DNA of 64,000 nt from the NCBI GenBank assembly GCA_051294375.1, contig CM119266.1:7327707-7391706 (forward strand), in the 5' to 3' direction. The position numbers were made by a program, and so were the translations under genes. The DNA comes from Paraspadella gotoi (taxonomy: Eukaryota > Animalia > Chaetognatha). Position 1 is the stretch's first letter. Every line of letters starts with the position of its first letter. This document shows, piece by piece, positions 40,166 to 51,990 of the stretch. The notes beneath the pieces were generated by a model. That model saw only the letters and a program-made list of their open reading frames with translations, was not told the DNA's origin and ran no database searches.

Positions 40166-42379
40166 CCATACACCACCGTCCTCCCCTTTTTTGTCAGCCT
40201 ACCATATTTTTCGTAGGCTTGGTGTGGCGTAGAGGAGAAGGGGTTGGGGGAGAAGGGAAGGGGGGTTCGGGGAGTTATTTTGTTTATTTCCCCGCGCTAA
40301 TTTATCCGCTTACATTTTTTTACATGTGACGATTCCATATCGGGTCCGGTTTTTCTCCACTACGCTTCCCGCTCTGACTCGCTCGATCTCCTTCCAAAGC
40401 CTATTCTGCCTGCAAGGCGACTCCAGTGCGCCCGATGCCAACGAGTTGAAGTCTTTTGCTCACCCGGGGCCGCTCGTCGCCGGCCTGTTGGCTTGGGACA
40501 TCTGTTGCACCCACCGGGTTTCGGACTTCTTTTTACTATTTATTTTTCTGTTTGCGTTATATGCTTGCCTCTCTCTTAGGTTTTACTACAGGTTGTCTTA
40601 ATTATCTAAAATTCGAGACATTTGTTGATTGCGATCATGTCCGCTTTCGGTCACTCCGTCTGAATGTCATACGTCGCTGTGAACCCCCTTCCAGAGGGTT
40701 TTGTCCCCTACGGCGCTCAAATTGCGAATGCCCTTGGCCGGAAAGCTTCAAATTATGTCTAGTCCTCCCTAGGTCTTTCACGAGATGGTGGCCAGCTGGT
40801 CGTCAATAGGTTATCGCGACGTCCAATCCTTCCGCCTTACCACCCGCGACTCCGCCGGATGGCCGTGAGCAGTTTCTGTCGCGGGTGTCTGCTCTCTATT
40901 CCGGGAAGTCGTCGACTTGCTACCCCAAATGGTCTGGATCTTCTTTTCGCGGTGAAGGGGCATAGTTTCGCACCATTTCTTGTGGTGGCCGTGCCCCGCC
41001 GGGACTTTCTCCGGTGCTTCAAACATCTGTCCCCCAAAGAAGTCTTCTCGTTGCTGTGACAAGCCTCCTGCTTTCCGGCGCACTTCGACGATTTCTGTAT
41101 TGCCCTTCTGCCGGCTGGTGGACTCATGCGAGTTCCCTTCTCCTCTCACAAGTCTAAGCCAAGGTTGTAGGCTACGATGTCCGGGAGGTTGACCTCGGAA
41201 TGACGTCTCCCATCTCCCGCACATGATCCAATCGCCCGCGAAGTCATGCCCCGGTTGTGAAACGGTTGGGATGGGATTCTGGAGCGAAGTCGCAGAGCGC
41301 GTCAAAGTCTTTTGCGTACCCCCCTGCCCCACGTTCCTGTCTTGCCTCCAGCCTTTTCTTACGGGTTAATGACACAAGCCCGGAGATGGACGATATATAG
41401 CTGCGCGCTTACACCTGCCACGCGCACACCCTGCGGCATTTGTGCGAGAATGAAAGAATGAAAATCGCGGCGATTTTTGGTGATATTCCGCGATCTATGA
41501 CCTCTATTCAGTATGACCTCTACTCTATCCGTGAACACCCAGCCGTCCTTCCCCAGTTACTTAACGCAAGAGGGCCGCTTGAGATTATGTGTACACTCGG
41601 CTGGATCTACAGTCTTGTTTTCTTACCAAGCCGCAAGCTTCAGTCAGATCGCCTTCTCCAGCTCCGGAGGTTTCCTCATTGCATCGAGTGCCGGGTGGGG
41701 CCGCCAGTTTCGTTCTAGCTCGGAATCTTTCGGGCGATGCCGGCTTCTGTGTGTATCATGTCGGAAGGCCGTATGCAGAAGGGATTTGTTACGCTAAACC
41801 CTTTACCCATCCGTCAGCATCTCATAGGCCCTAACGTGCCATGCGGTGTTGCTCCCTCGTGCTTTGCGCTTCCCTCCCTTTCTCGTCCTCCTTCCCTTTG
41901 CTTTCTCTTTCCTTCTCTCTTGGCTCCCTCCTCCCTCTGAGTCCTGCCGTTAAGGGATCTGATCCTTCTGCGCGTTATCTTAACCGTTCTTTAACCTGCA
42001 GTGGTCACAAAGGTCGTCGGGTCAGGCCGTGGGTTGGACATGTCTCCAAGCTCCGTCTTTCTTGTTTCCTTCGCTGCCAAGGGATCTATTTTCGCAATAT
42101 TTTCTTCGTTTTTTCTTAGTCTCGTACCCCCTTTTGTTGTTTGGATTATACTGTTACCTGTGCGGTATGCCTACAGGCGTGTTATGCTTGTTTTGCCTTG
42201 ATGTGTTCTCATATTAGCAGAGATGGTTGCTCTTTTTGTCTTCAAAGTGCGATCCCGCTGACATTCTTGCTAGGGTTTTGATCCCAATCCAGGTGAGCAC
42301 GCGGCCACTATCATGGGGCGATACTGTTTGGTTTGACACTTGCTGTTTCAGCATGTCGTTTCACCCTCCTGTCCAGTTT

Positions 42380-43130
42380 ATGTAGAACCTCTCGTCCTCT
42401 ACCCCCGCATTTTACCCTTTTCCCTTCGCCCGGTCCCTTGCCTCCGTCCGCTTTCCCCACTGCTACTGACACCCAGCTCTCTGCGGTACCCCTTTCTGGA
42501 TTGCTCTCCTACAATTATCTAAAGCTTTCTTTCTTCCGCTCCTCCCTCTTTCAGGCCCCTCCCTTTTCCCACCCCAGGTTGTTCCATCCCCCCTCCTGAC
42601 TCCCTCCTCTCCTGGGTTCTTCGACGTCCTCTCTCCACCCCAGGTTGGTTGTTCCCCCACCTGTCTCCCCCTCTTTGTCTCTTTCTTTTTGCCGCCCCCT
42701 CTCCCCCAGCGTTGGTTCGTTCCCCACTGGGCTCCCCCTCTTCATCCTTCTTCCTTCGACATCCCCTCATGCCGCCTCACGCGTTGGTTCCCACTGACTT
42801 CCCCCTTTTTCAATCTCTTTCCTTCCCCTTACTACCCCAGGTTGGTTGTCCCCTCCTGATTCCCTCTCTTCGTCTCTTTCTTATTCAGCGTCCCCTCTTG
42901 GCCCACCCAGGTTGTGTCCCCCTCCTGGCTTCCCCCTCTTCATCTCCTTCTTTTTTTGATATCCCCTCTTGCCAATCCCCCAGCGTTGGTGGTCCCTCGC
43001 CTGAACCACGGTCCCTTCATCTCTCCTTTCCGTTCTCCCCTCCATCTTGCACCCCGGTTGGTTGTCCTCTACCCGTTTCCTTCCCTCTCCATCTTGGCAC
43101 ACCGTCTCCTCCGCCAACCATTAGTTCTCT
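42380..43130. repeat. Pyrimidine-rich minisatellite inside the DIRS element
   Basis: Recurring ccca(g)gttggtt(g)tcccc motif at roughly 60-70 bp spacing. Confidence 0.7.
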
Positions 43131-43379
43131 CGTGGTTCTCCATTTATGCCGGTGTATCTAACACACTTTAGGATAATAACCTCCCGAAGGGGCTTTGTCC
43201 CCCCGCTGGCCTTTTTTCAGGTTCTGGATTGAGTTTTGGGTGGTTTAAGGTACGGGTGATTGTTTAGGGGGGTCCCTATATGGCTGTGTAGGGGTTAGGG
43301 TCGTCCTGGGTCTCTCGGCCCCGACCTTCATAACTCTACGGGCTTACCCGCGGGGTGCTGCAGGCTGACATAAAAGGTA

Positions 43380-44560
43380 ACTATATCTGCCTGCAGGGAC
43401 TCCGTGGGATGCCAACGAGGTGAAGTCTTGTTGCTCACGAAGGGTAGATGGGAGAGGCATGCTGCTGTCGGAGATGGTGCCTGCATGTTGTGTCTTCGCG
43501 AGTACTGCCATTGTGATGTCCCTTGTAGATCAGATTCAACTTTTCCCCACCACCCCCCCCCCATTTGTTTTTCGGCGCTGCTTCGCCCCCGGCCCGCGTG
43601 CTGCGATGCCGGTTGGTCTTTTTCCGTCGTTCCTTGCGCCTCTCGGCCCCGACTCTAACTCCTACGGCTTCCCGCGGGGTGCTGCAGGCTGAATAAGGTA
43701 ACTATTCCCGAGCTATTTCCCAAGCTGTTCCGACTCAGAGGGCTTGGGCCCCTTCTAGACAGGGTTGTCCGCCCCGGACGCCCAAGCGTTCGCCCTCCCA
43801 GGGTTTAGGCGTCTTCGTCCCACAAGTGCCGACCCGACGCCGATTCTCGATACCGGCGGGTGAAGGAGAAGCCAGCTTAAATCAGAAGATACGGCTTTCT
43901 ACCGCCCCCGCCTGACGAGCAAGTGTCGACCGGTCCCTCCCGTCCTCCCCATGCGTGGCTCCACTAGGTTCTACGAGCTGATCACCGTAGTGTTGAAGCA
44001 AGTCAGGCTCGGTTAGTGACTACGCGTGACCATTAAATTCCACAAAATTTTTTCGCAGCTGCAGCGGATCGACGACGTTCTCGGCATGAACGCGTTGCAC
44101 GCCAGGCGCCAGCTCCATTCGCTTTGGGTCACTCGAGACTTGTTCCATCGGAGTTCTCCGCTCCGACGCCGCTCACGTGCTTCTCCGCGACTTTCGAGGC
44201 AGCGTTTTCCAAGGGAATCAGCATTTTCTCTGTTCCCCTCTTGGGACCTAACTGGCGGGAGTAACGCCAGATTGTCGCTGCACGAGCTGCGCAGTTCCAA
44301 AGATGCCGACGGCTCGTCCATGACGGAGTCTTTCTCTAGGCGTTGATCGTCATTCGCCCCCCCGCTTCCACAACGCCGCCGTTTTTATAGTCAAAAGTCA
44401 CCTGACTGCTCTCGCAGAATCTAGTTGTAGACCAGCGTGCCCGGTTTTCAGAGGCGCCGGGGCTTCGGCGCTTTTTTCAATCGACGCTCCCTTCAGCGTG
44501 ACGTCTCGCCTCCATGTATCGTTTTTTTCTAGGGCGTCCCGGCCCCTTTGGCTGACTTCC
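43380..44560 (+). pseudogene. DIRS gag-like region (frameshifted)
   Basis: Lies upstream of RT; Cys cluster ACMLCLREYCHCDVPC; Arg/Ser-rich fragments. Boundaries approximate. Confidence 0.4.
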
Positions 44561-46200
44561 CGCCGTCAGGAGCGCAATGGGCTGCCCGACGGGCCCTTTC
44601 GACCGCCGTTCAACACCCGTCATCCGACTGCCGACAATCGCCCCTCGCTTCCCCCAAGCGTCCCCATCCTATGGTCCAAGGTCACCCCGCCTTTAGACGG
44701 AGTCAAAGGACCCGCCCCGTTTTGCCACCGTTAACGCCACCTCCATCCGGCCCGTCCATGGTTTTCGTTGGACTTCTCTACCCGGCGATCCTCTCGTTTT
44801 TTCCCGTCAGGCCCACTCTTTTTCGTCGCGATTCCGAGAAGGAGCCCGGACGTGGTCGAAAGGATGTTCGACCCGAGGCGATTGGGTCCTCGATAGACCT
44901 GTCGAAGATGCTATCACCTCCCGATCCGTAGATCTCTCGATAAATTTCCTTATTGAAGGGCCTATCTACGTACGGTCCTTCCCATCGGCCTCTGACGGTG
45001 CGTCCCAAGACGACGAGGCCGTGTGGTGCTCCGGCTTCGTGCCTTTTCTTTATATAGAATTTACCTCTGGCCACCACCGGGGTCTACTCAAATCGTTCAT
45101 CACACCTCAGTAAGTCGAGCCTGCTCCCTCTCAGAGTCTTCGAATTTCCTCGGTTGTGGACCGCCCTCCCACGCCCCGCTCCGAGACCGAATTTTCGACT
45201 TCTTGCGCTTCTCCCGGAGAATCTTTTTGCCAACACCGTCACACTTGCTCTCAGGCCTCCTCTCATCGCCGCCGGCGTCCCTGCCAGCCGCTGCTACGCT
45301 GTCCTGGGTCTTCGAGGATTCAACGAGACGTCAATCGTGTCTACAGGTCGGGAAGGATCTGCGACCGGCGTTGTCCCCACTCCCACCGAATGGAGTACGT
45401 CTCGCTCGGGGATGCCTTGTGGATCGCCTACACACCTTACTTATTGGCCCTGTTCCGATCACACTCTAACTCAACGAGCGGTGCACGACGGATGCTTCAT
45501 CGCATGGTATTTATATGGTTTTCTCCATCCCAGGGCCACTGTCGAGGGGAACCTTTTAGCCGACTGCGGATGTCCCTCTCCATAAATCAAGTGTAAAGGA
45601 GTCGTCACAGTTCTGATAGATCTTCCGTCCAACGATTCCTCCTCGTACGCTCCATCCTTTGCGAAGAGCGACAGCCTCGTCTCTACTGCCCTTCGTCGGT
45701 GGACGGCGCTCTCACGAGAGTAGTCAGGGAGACACTTCTACCTTGCCTCCAACCTTGAAAGATCCGGCTTTCAGGAGTTCCCATGCTCTTCTTTCGGAGC
45801 AGACATTTCTCATCTACGGAGCGCGGCGCTTCTGACAGGTTCTGGCCTGCCAAGGGACCGGTGGCCGACTGGTGAAACTCCTTCCGAAAGTTTTTCCCGC
45901 AATGGTCATATATTCTGGTTCCCAGCAATCGATTCTTTTGCGGACTCCCCGGTCGGTCTTCTCTACACGTCTTTTTTGCCATGGAGAGCGGCAAAAGAAA
46001 AACGGGCCGGGGAAGTGGGGGCGAGGGATGACCGCCTTGCGTCAACGCTGGGTTTCGACCTGGCTTCTTTTTCCTCCCCTCTCTGCTGATGATGGTTGAT
46101 CCGGCAAGTTGGGGAAGGCGAGGGGCACCTGTTCTCCTGATCATCCCTGTTTTGCCGGCTCGAAGTGTTCCTGAGCCTACTCTCCTTCGGTAAATTCTGG
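44560..46200 (+). pseudogene. DIRS pol: reverse transcriptase + RNase H + methyltransferase-like domain (frameshifted)
   Basis: LSFFPVR (~44790), SIDLSK (44890-44907), VLPIGL (44975-44992), garbled YxDD site ~45051, FLG ~45146, HIPG..N..ADSLSR-like RNase H end (~45908-45956), FDLAS / FPPL / VLLIIPV block typical of the DIRS MT-like domain (~46052-46152). Confidence 0.75.
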
Positions 46201-46329
46201 ACGCGAGGCGCCTGTCCGGCGCCGGAAGAACCTCGTCGTACCTCGTGTCCGGGCTTCCGCCACCGCAGGCGATCGCTTCAGGCTCGTCGTCTGGAGGATT
46301 TCTAGGCGGTCGCCACAATCTCTCCGACA

Positions 46330-47320
46330 TCGACGACTCCACCTTCTTCCGTCATCTCGATCAGCTGAGAGGCTCTTACCAGAGAGCCTACGCCAGAGCC
46401 TTGGGAGCTCATTCTGCGACTTTCCCTTCAGGTAGAGAGGTTCGAGGATCTCAGCCTCTCTAGAGGAGTTCTACGATATTCTCGGGTTCCTGTGCGAGAA
46501 AGGGCCTCGCGTCACAAGGCACGACATCAAACCCGGTGTCTTCAGAATCGGCCATCTCAGCTACTCGCCCCCCCTGGCGGGAGCGCCGGTTGGAGAGCAT
46601 CCTTTGGCCCGGCGCCTTCTCAAGGGGTTTTCGCAAGACGCCCTCCCTCACGTCGACTTTCCTCCACGTGGAATGCGGCCTCGGTTTAACGCATTCTCGA
46701 TCGCGCCCACCTTCGATCGCGCGAGGGCATCTTCGACGACCTCGCTCATTTTCTCGGTGCGGCTTTAGCGTCAGCTCGTCGCCCTTCCAGAGATCGGTCT
46801 CTCTTCGTTTGCGGACGCGGGTATCTTTCCTTATGCGGAGCGATCACGTCTGGGTTCCACCGACGCATCTCAAAGACGGACAGGTCGGGAACACATGGTC
46901 CGCGTTCGGTCTGGATTCGGTGCAACTTCGGACCGCTGCCCGAGTTCAGGGCCGCTGGCTTCTTTGGGCTTCTCTTCCCGTCCGGATGGCGCCCCCACAC
47001 AATTCTTTTTCTGCGCATTCCCGCGCCGCCCTTTCATACTTTGATCCGCCAGCTTTCGCCCTCCACTTTTCACCAAACGGGAACTTTTCTGGAGGCGGAG
47101 ACGCTCTCTCTTCGCCCTTCCACGGGGTCTCTGACGCGCGCAATGGCAGTTTCGGACGTCCTTTTGCCCGCGGAGTGGATGCTTGGCGCTCAAGTCCTCG
47201 CGCGGAGATTGGTCTGGCCGCCAGACCTTCTTCCGTTTCTAGCTGCAGGGAGGTCGCGTGGAGCGCCCCTCCGCGGATCTGTCTTAGGGATGCGTCGATT
47301 GAGGCAATTCAGCCCTATTA
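46330..47320 (+). pseudogene. DIRS tyrosine recombinase (frameshifted)
   Basis: SYQRAY, TTSLIF.GA.R.SQLVA (catalytic Arg box, ~46735-46785), HRRISKTDRSG (~46857-46890), DRCP, PFHG(LR) HxxR box ~47115, RGDWS and QTFFRF(Y) ~47200-47240, read across indels. Confidence 0.8.
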
Positions 47321-47339
47321 AAACAAACGAGCATAAGGA

Positions 47340-47668
47340 TTCACGACGGATTGATAGAGGAGCCGTCTATATGGAAGATTTGCGGAGTGACATCCCATTG
47401 GTCAGAGGATTCCGAGGTCACGTGACGGCTTTCCCCTGGATTTTCTTTTTTTCATCTTTTCGATGATTTAATTTTGTTGCGTTTTATGCGATTAATCTCT
47501 CGTCTGAAATAAACTGCGTCTTAAAGAACCTAGCATAGAGTCGAAACTAAACACGCGCGAACAAATAAACGTGGCATATTTTTCTGTTGGCGAGGTATAA
47601 CACCAAGCAATATTAGAATTAAAATATATATCACCATAAAGGAAGTAGAGAAAAATTGAAAAAATTTA
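47340..47668 (-). repeat. DIRS right inverted terminal repeat plus right extension (rE ~47619-47668)
   Basis: Reverse complement of the left ITR, followed by ~50 nt unique extension ending in aaattt. Confidence 0.75.
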
Positions 47669-47734
47669 CAACGTTGCGAACCGAGAATCCGTCAGCTGGG
47701 TGTGGTGAATTTACAGTTCTTCTGAGGCGGCCCT

Positions 47735-48765
47735 CTCACGCTGCTCTCGAGACCATTAGTGGCTGGGGCTCCGGGTCTGGTCGTTCCCTCCGACTGTCCG
47801 ATCGTCGCATGACCTCTCCCGCGCGCCGCTCCGCCCCCTATGGTCTGTCCTTTCTGGACAGTATGGTTTCGTCATCATAGATCACAGCGTTTTAGGAAGC
47901 GATTTTCGTTCGTATCTTCGACCAGCGTGAGTCTCCGAGCGGTGTTTCTACGGCTTTTATGGACGCGGTTGAGTTTTTGTCGCCCGCCAAGGTTCGTGGC
48001 GTCTGTCAGTTGCGGTTTTTTAGTGCCTTTCTTTTCCAAACGCCTCGGAGCCTCCCTCTTTTGTTTCTCCTTTATTTCCTTTTCTTTTGTTCTAGAATAA
48101 TTGTTCAGGTTTAGGTTCTAAGAAGTCATTTTTCGACGAAGCATTTTTGTAGAATAATTTCGTTCTGTCTAATCTGATGATCGAAAATCGAAGAAAAGCT
48201 AGCCGTCGAGATATTTTTTTCAAATAACGCTAGACACCTAAGAATCATCTGAATTCCGGACATATTTAATTTTTTAATTACCTCAGCAACCAGTTCTCAA
48301 CTTTTGGTGTTCTCATTTCTTTTCGTGTTTTTTTTAAAGCTTCCTTAACCATATGAGTTTTGTAATAAAGAAGAAATACCCCAACGAGAGCGAATTTACA
48401 GAACAATATGTAAAAAAATAAAAACAAACTAGAAACATCCCTTCAAATGTGCTCTAACTCCGACTAGTGATCTAGAAAAATATCTCTAAAGAGTAAAGCC
48501 ATAAAAATATACCCACTTTGGCGGATGTGTGTCGCTTTGAAAAAAAAGAGTAAAACCCCACTACGCCCACCTGGCGGAAAAACTCACCGCTCCAAAGCGT
48601 TAGAAACGCCGCTGAGACTCGCGGCGAAGATCGTTTCGAAATCCTTTTAAAGCTTTCGTGACGACCATCGTCGAAAAGGACAGGACTCCAGTCCTTCTGG
48701 TCTTCGGTCGGTCCGCAGTGGAGGACGACCACCGGCGCCCTGGGTCCGAACGCTGAGCGAGCACA
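47735..48765. repeat. Fold-back: ~250-300 bp inverted arms around an AT-rich ~500 bp spacer
   Basis: ~47735-48040 matches the reverse complement of ~48540-48765, with indels. Confidence 0.7.
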
Positions 48766-50085
48766 CAATTATGTCGTCTTCGCATTACGACCCTTTGTTT
48801 ATGTTCCAACGCTGAGCAACGCCCTGCAGTCCTGTCGTCATGCCGGTTTTTGTTCCTCCCTTTATTTCTTTTCTTTTCGAAATTTCCGAATTTTGAAATT
48901 TTTTAGAATTATTTTCGTCTGTATCTTCTTGAAGAAAGTTTCACTTAATGCGAAGAGTTAAAACCACAAAATGCCCCATAAAAAAAACCAGATGACAGTC
49001 CAGAGAGTCAAAACATAAAAAATCTATAATGTAAGCCACTAACCGTTTGATTATTTTTTTAAAAAAATTTAAAAAAATAAATACTTGAGAAGTCAGCTAT
49101 CCCGCACGTACACCTCTCGTCTATCGCCGCCGCCGTCGCAGATGCGTCCCGACCTGAAAGTTAGTCGTGGTCGTAACTCGTCTGACAGCGCTTTTAATAT
49201 AAAAATAAAGGCACCGATGGAGACATGTCGTTGTGGTGTCATATCATTTTGATTATGACAATAATTTGCCACGGTGACCACCCGAAAAAATCACAACACT
49301 TCTTTCTTTCGCACCAGAAACTCGCAACAAGATTCTAGACTAGAACTCCAACGAACTTTTTATGACTTTCTCTTCTCTCCTCTTCTCTCTTCCTCCTTTC
49401 TCTTCTTTCTCNNNNNNNNNNNNNNNNNNNNNNNNNAAAGAGAGAGAGAGAAAAGTCATAAAAAGTTCTGAGTTATTGATTTCGAATTAAAAGTTTGTGA
49501 TTTTTCCTCACCTTGGCAATTGTCAAAATCAAAATGATTACACAACCTCCGTTTATACTTAAATTATTTCTGTGACTTAAAGTATTTATTTTTAGATTTA
49601 TTTTACGTTATCCTTACATTTATATTTGTATGTTTACTCACTCATCTGTTTGGCAGTTTGTGGTTTTCACTTCGCTTAAGTGAAAAGTTCTTCAGAAAAA
49701 AAACCAAAGTAGTTTTTACTTCCAAATGAAAAAAAATTAAGAGGAAATTTTCTCTTCCGGTTTTACTAAACTAAAATTACGTCGACGAAGACGACGACGA
49801 CGACGACGACGACGACTACGACATTAAGAACGATAATAAACAAAGCAACGACGACAAATATTACAATGAATTTTCTTTCTTTTCTCTACTTTATTTTATT
49901 TTTCTCTGTTTTATCAATTCATCTTAATTTATTTTAGTTTTTTTCTCTTATCTCTTTTGTTTTATGTTTGCCCATCAAAAGTGAAAGTCGTGGTTGAACA
50001 CGTGACCCGTCGATCGAAACGATCACGTGACCTCTGACCCCGTGGGTCAGGTGACCGCACACGTGCCTGAACTTCCGGGCGCCTT

Positions 50086-50117
<32 letters not shown>

Positions 50118-51259
50118 NNNNNNNNNNNNNNNNNNNNNNNNNNNNNNNNNNNNNNNNNNNNNNNNNNNNNNNNNNNNNNNNNNNNNNNNNNNNNNNNNNN
50201 NNNNNNNNNNNNNNNNNNNNNNNNNNNNNNNNNNNNNNNNNNNNNNNNNNNNNNNNNNNNNNNAGAGAGAGAGAGAGAGAGTGAAATTCTCCTTCACCAT
50301 CGTGAAAGATGCGAGTGTAATTCTTCTAGTGTGAGGTTTCTTTACGAAGGGCGGAGGGGGTGATTGGGTGAATCCGCGACGAGACGATTAGTCACGGAAT
50401 TACAGAATCAACGAATGTCTTTAGCCTCGTGTTGGAATCGTTCTTGGAAGTCAGTTTTCTGAAATGAAAGAGACAATTTGACAATTTGACAATTTGACAA
50501 TTTGACATTTTGAGCGAAGAAGGAATTTTCGATTATATTATAAATATAATATCCCAAAACATGCTCAACATGTCACCGAACAAGGTGACTCACCCCAATA
50601 AGATTCACGAATTAGGGTCAGGGTCGACATAAAATATTGGGTGAGAAATTGCGAGAGAAAAAGTGAAAGTATAACCAGTGAAGTGAATATCAAGACAGTG
50701 AATCATGAACCAGAAAAAACTAATTGAGCCGAAATTGGTCGTTGAGAATTAATTTATTGCTCCTTCATTTGGAATTATCACCGGGGGGATAGAAAAGGGG
50801 AGAGGCGAGNNNNNNNNNNNNNNNNNNNNNNNNNNNNNNNNNNNNNNNNNNNNNNNNNNNNNNNNNNNNNNNNNNNNNNNNNNNNNNNNNNNNNNNNNNN
50901 NNNNNNNNNNNNNNNNNNNNNNNNNNNNNNNNNNNNNNNNNNNNNNNNNNNNNNNNNNNNNNNNGGGAGGAGGGATTTTTGAGTGGTGAACTTATCTCCA
51001 ATCGTTTCACGGTCTCACTCAAAACGAAAAAAAAGACCGTGAATTCTCGAATACTTTTCGAACCCTTGAGACCGCGAACCTCACGTGAATCTTTCGTGAC
51101 TCGTGAACCGTGAACCCGCGAGTCGTGAACCGAATCGAAGGAGGCGAATTCCGACTCACGTTTCGCGTGAATTTCCGGTCGTCCTTCTTTCTTCCCCCTT
51201 CTTCCCCCCACCTCTCCTCACTCTCCCTCCCTCCACTCTTGAATCGCCACCTCAGAGCG

Positions 51260-51990
51260 AAACTCACCAACCCTGCATATTATCCCTGATGCCACCTAGA
51301 TACCACCATGTAGTTCTGATGCCGCATACTTAGGGCAGTCTCACGCCACGACATAAGCACTCATTCGCGGATCCTGAGGAGATTATGCCAGTACCTCAAC
51401 CCGCCATCTACGATGAACTAGCTACATTCTTGACCGAGACGATACTTGCCAATGCTATCGTCCAATCCACGCATCTCTGGGAGGATGCCCCCAAGCCCAC
51501 CTACATGCCGCTCCAACTTCAATGGGAAATTAATTCGTGAATGGGCACGGTCCTTATACACTAACCCAACATCCACTAGAGTACGCCACCCACACGCAGG
51601 ACTCCTTATCAAACTACAACAACCACCATCTCTGTTTACTCAAGCATAACGCTCGCATCCTCTGTCTGTGCCACACATAATCCACCATCTCTGATGCCAA
51701 CAACCTAAACCAGACTATCTCTGATGCACAACCGCGTTCCACCCCATTTCTGAATGCCGGACCTTATCCGACCCAATTTCTGATGCCATGCATACCCACG
51801 GACACCATCTCTGATGTCCTAGACTCAGACCGCCCTCCGAGAACTCAAACCACACATCTCTGATGCCGAGCAATACCCTCAACAACCACCATTCTGAGAT
51901 GCCGTCGTACTAAACCACGCATTTTCTGATGCCACCGTCACAAACCACCATTCTGATGCCACACCTCAAACACACACTCTGGATGCCCAC
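51260..51990. repeat. Degenerate minisatellite, ~28-30 bp unit (core caccatctctgatgcc)
   Basis: Core recurs more than 10 times, clearest at 51680-51990. Confidence 0.75.

Larger units (their letters stand above)
38142..47668 (+). mobile_element. DIRS1-like tyrosine-recombinase retrotransposon (frameshifted, noisy copy)
   Basis: ITRs (38819-~39030, also 38142-~38420, vs ~47340-47618), right extension ending aaattt, ICR at ~40062-40165, and RT, RNase H, MT-like and YR motifs in DIRS order on the + strand. Confidence 0.85.

Noticed and set aside
43312-43384. HDV-like ribozyme
   Set aside because: A P1-like pairing exists, but P3/L3/P1.1 geometry does not fit.
49112-49153. Upstream exon of gene B
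   Set aside because: An acceptor-like site exists, but the donor is weak and phase linkage cannot be shown across gaps.
51260-51990. CRISPR array
   Set aside because: Eukaryotic context, repeat and spacer far too short, linkers related to each other, no cas genes.
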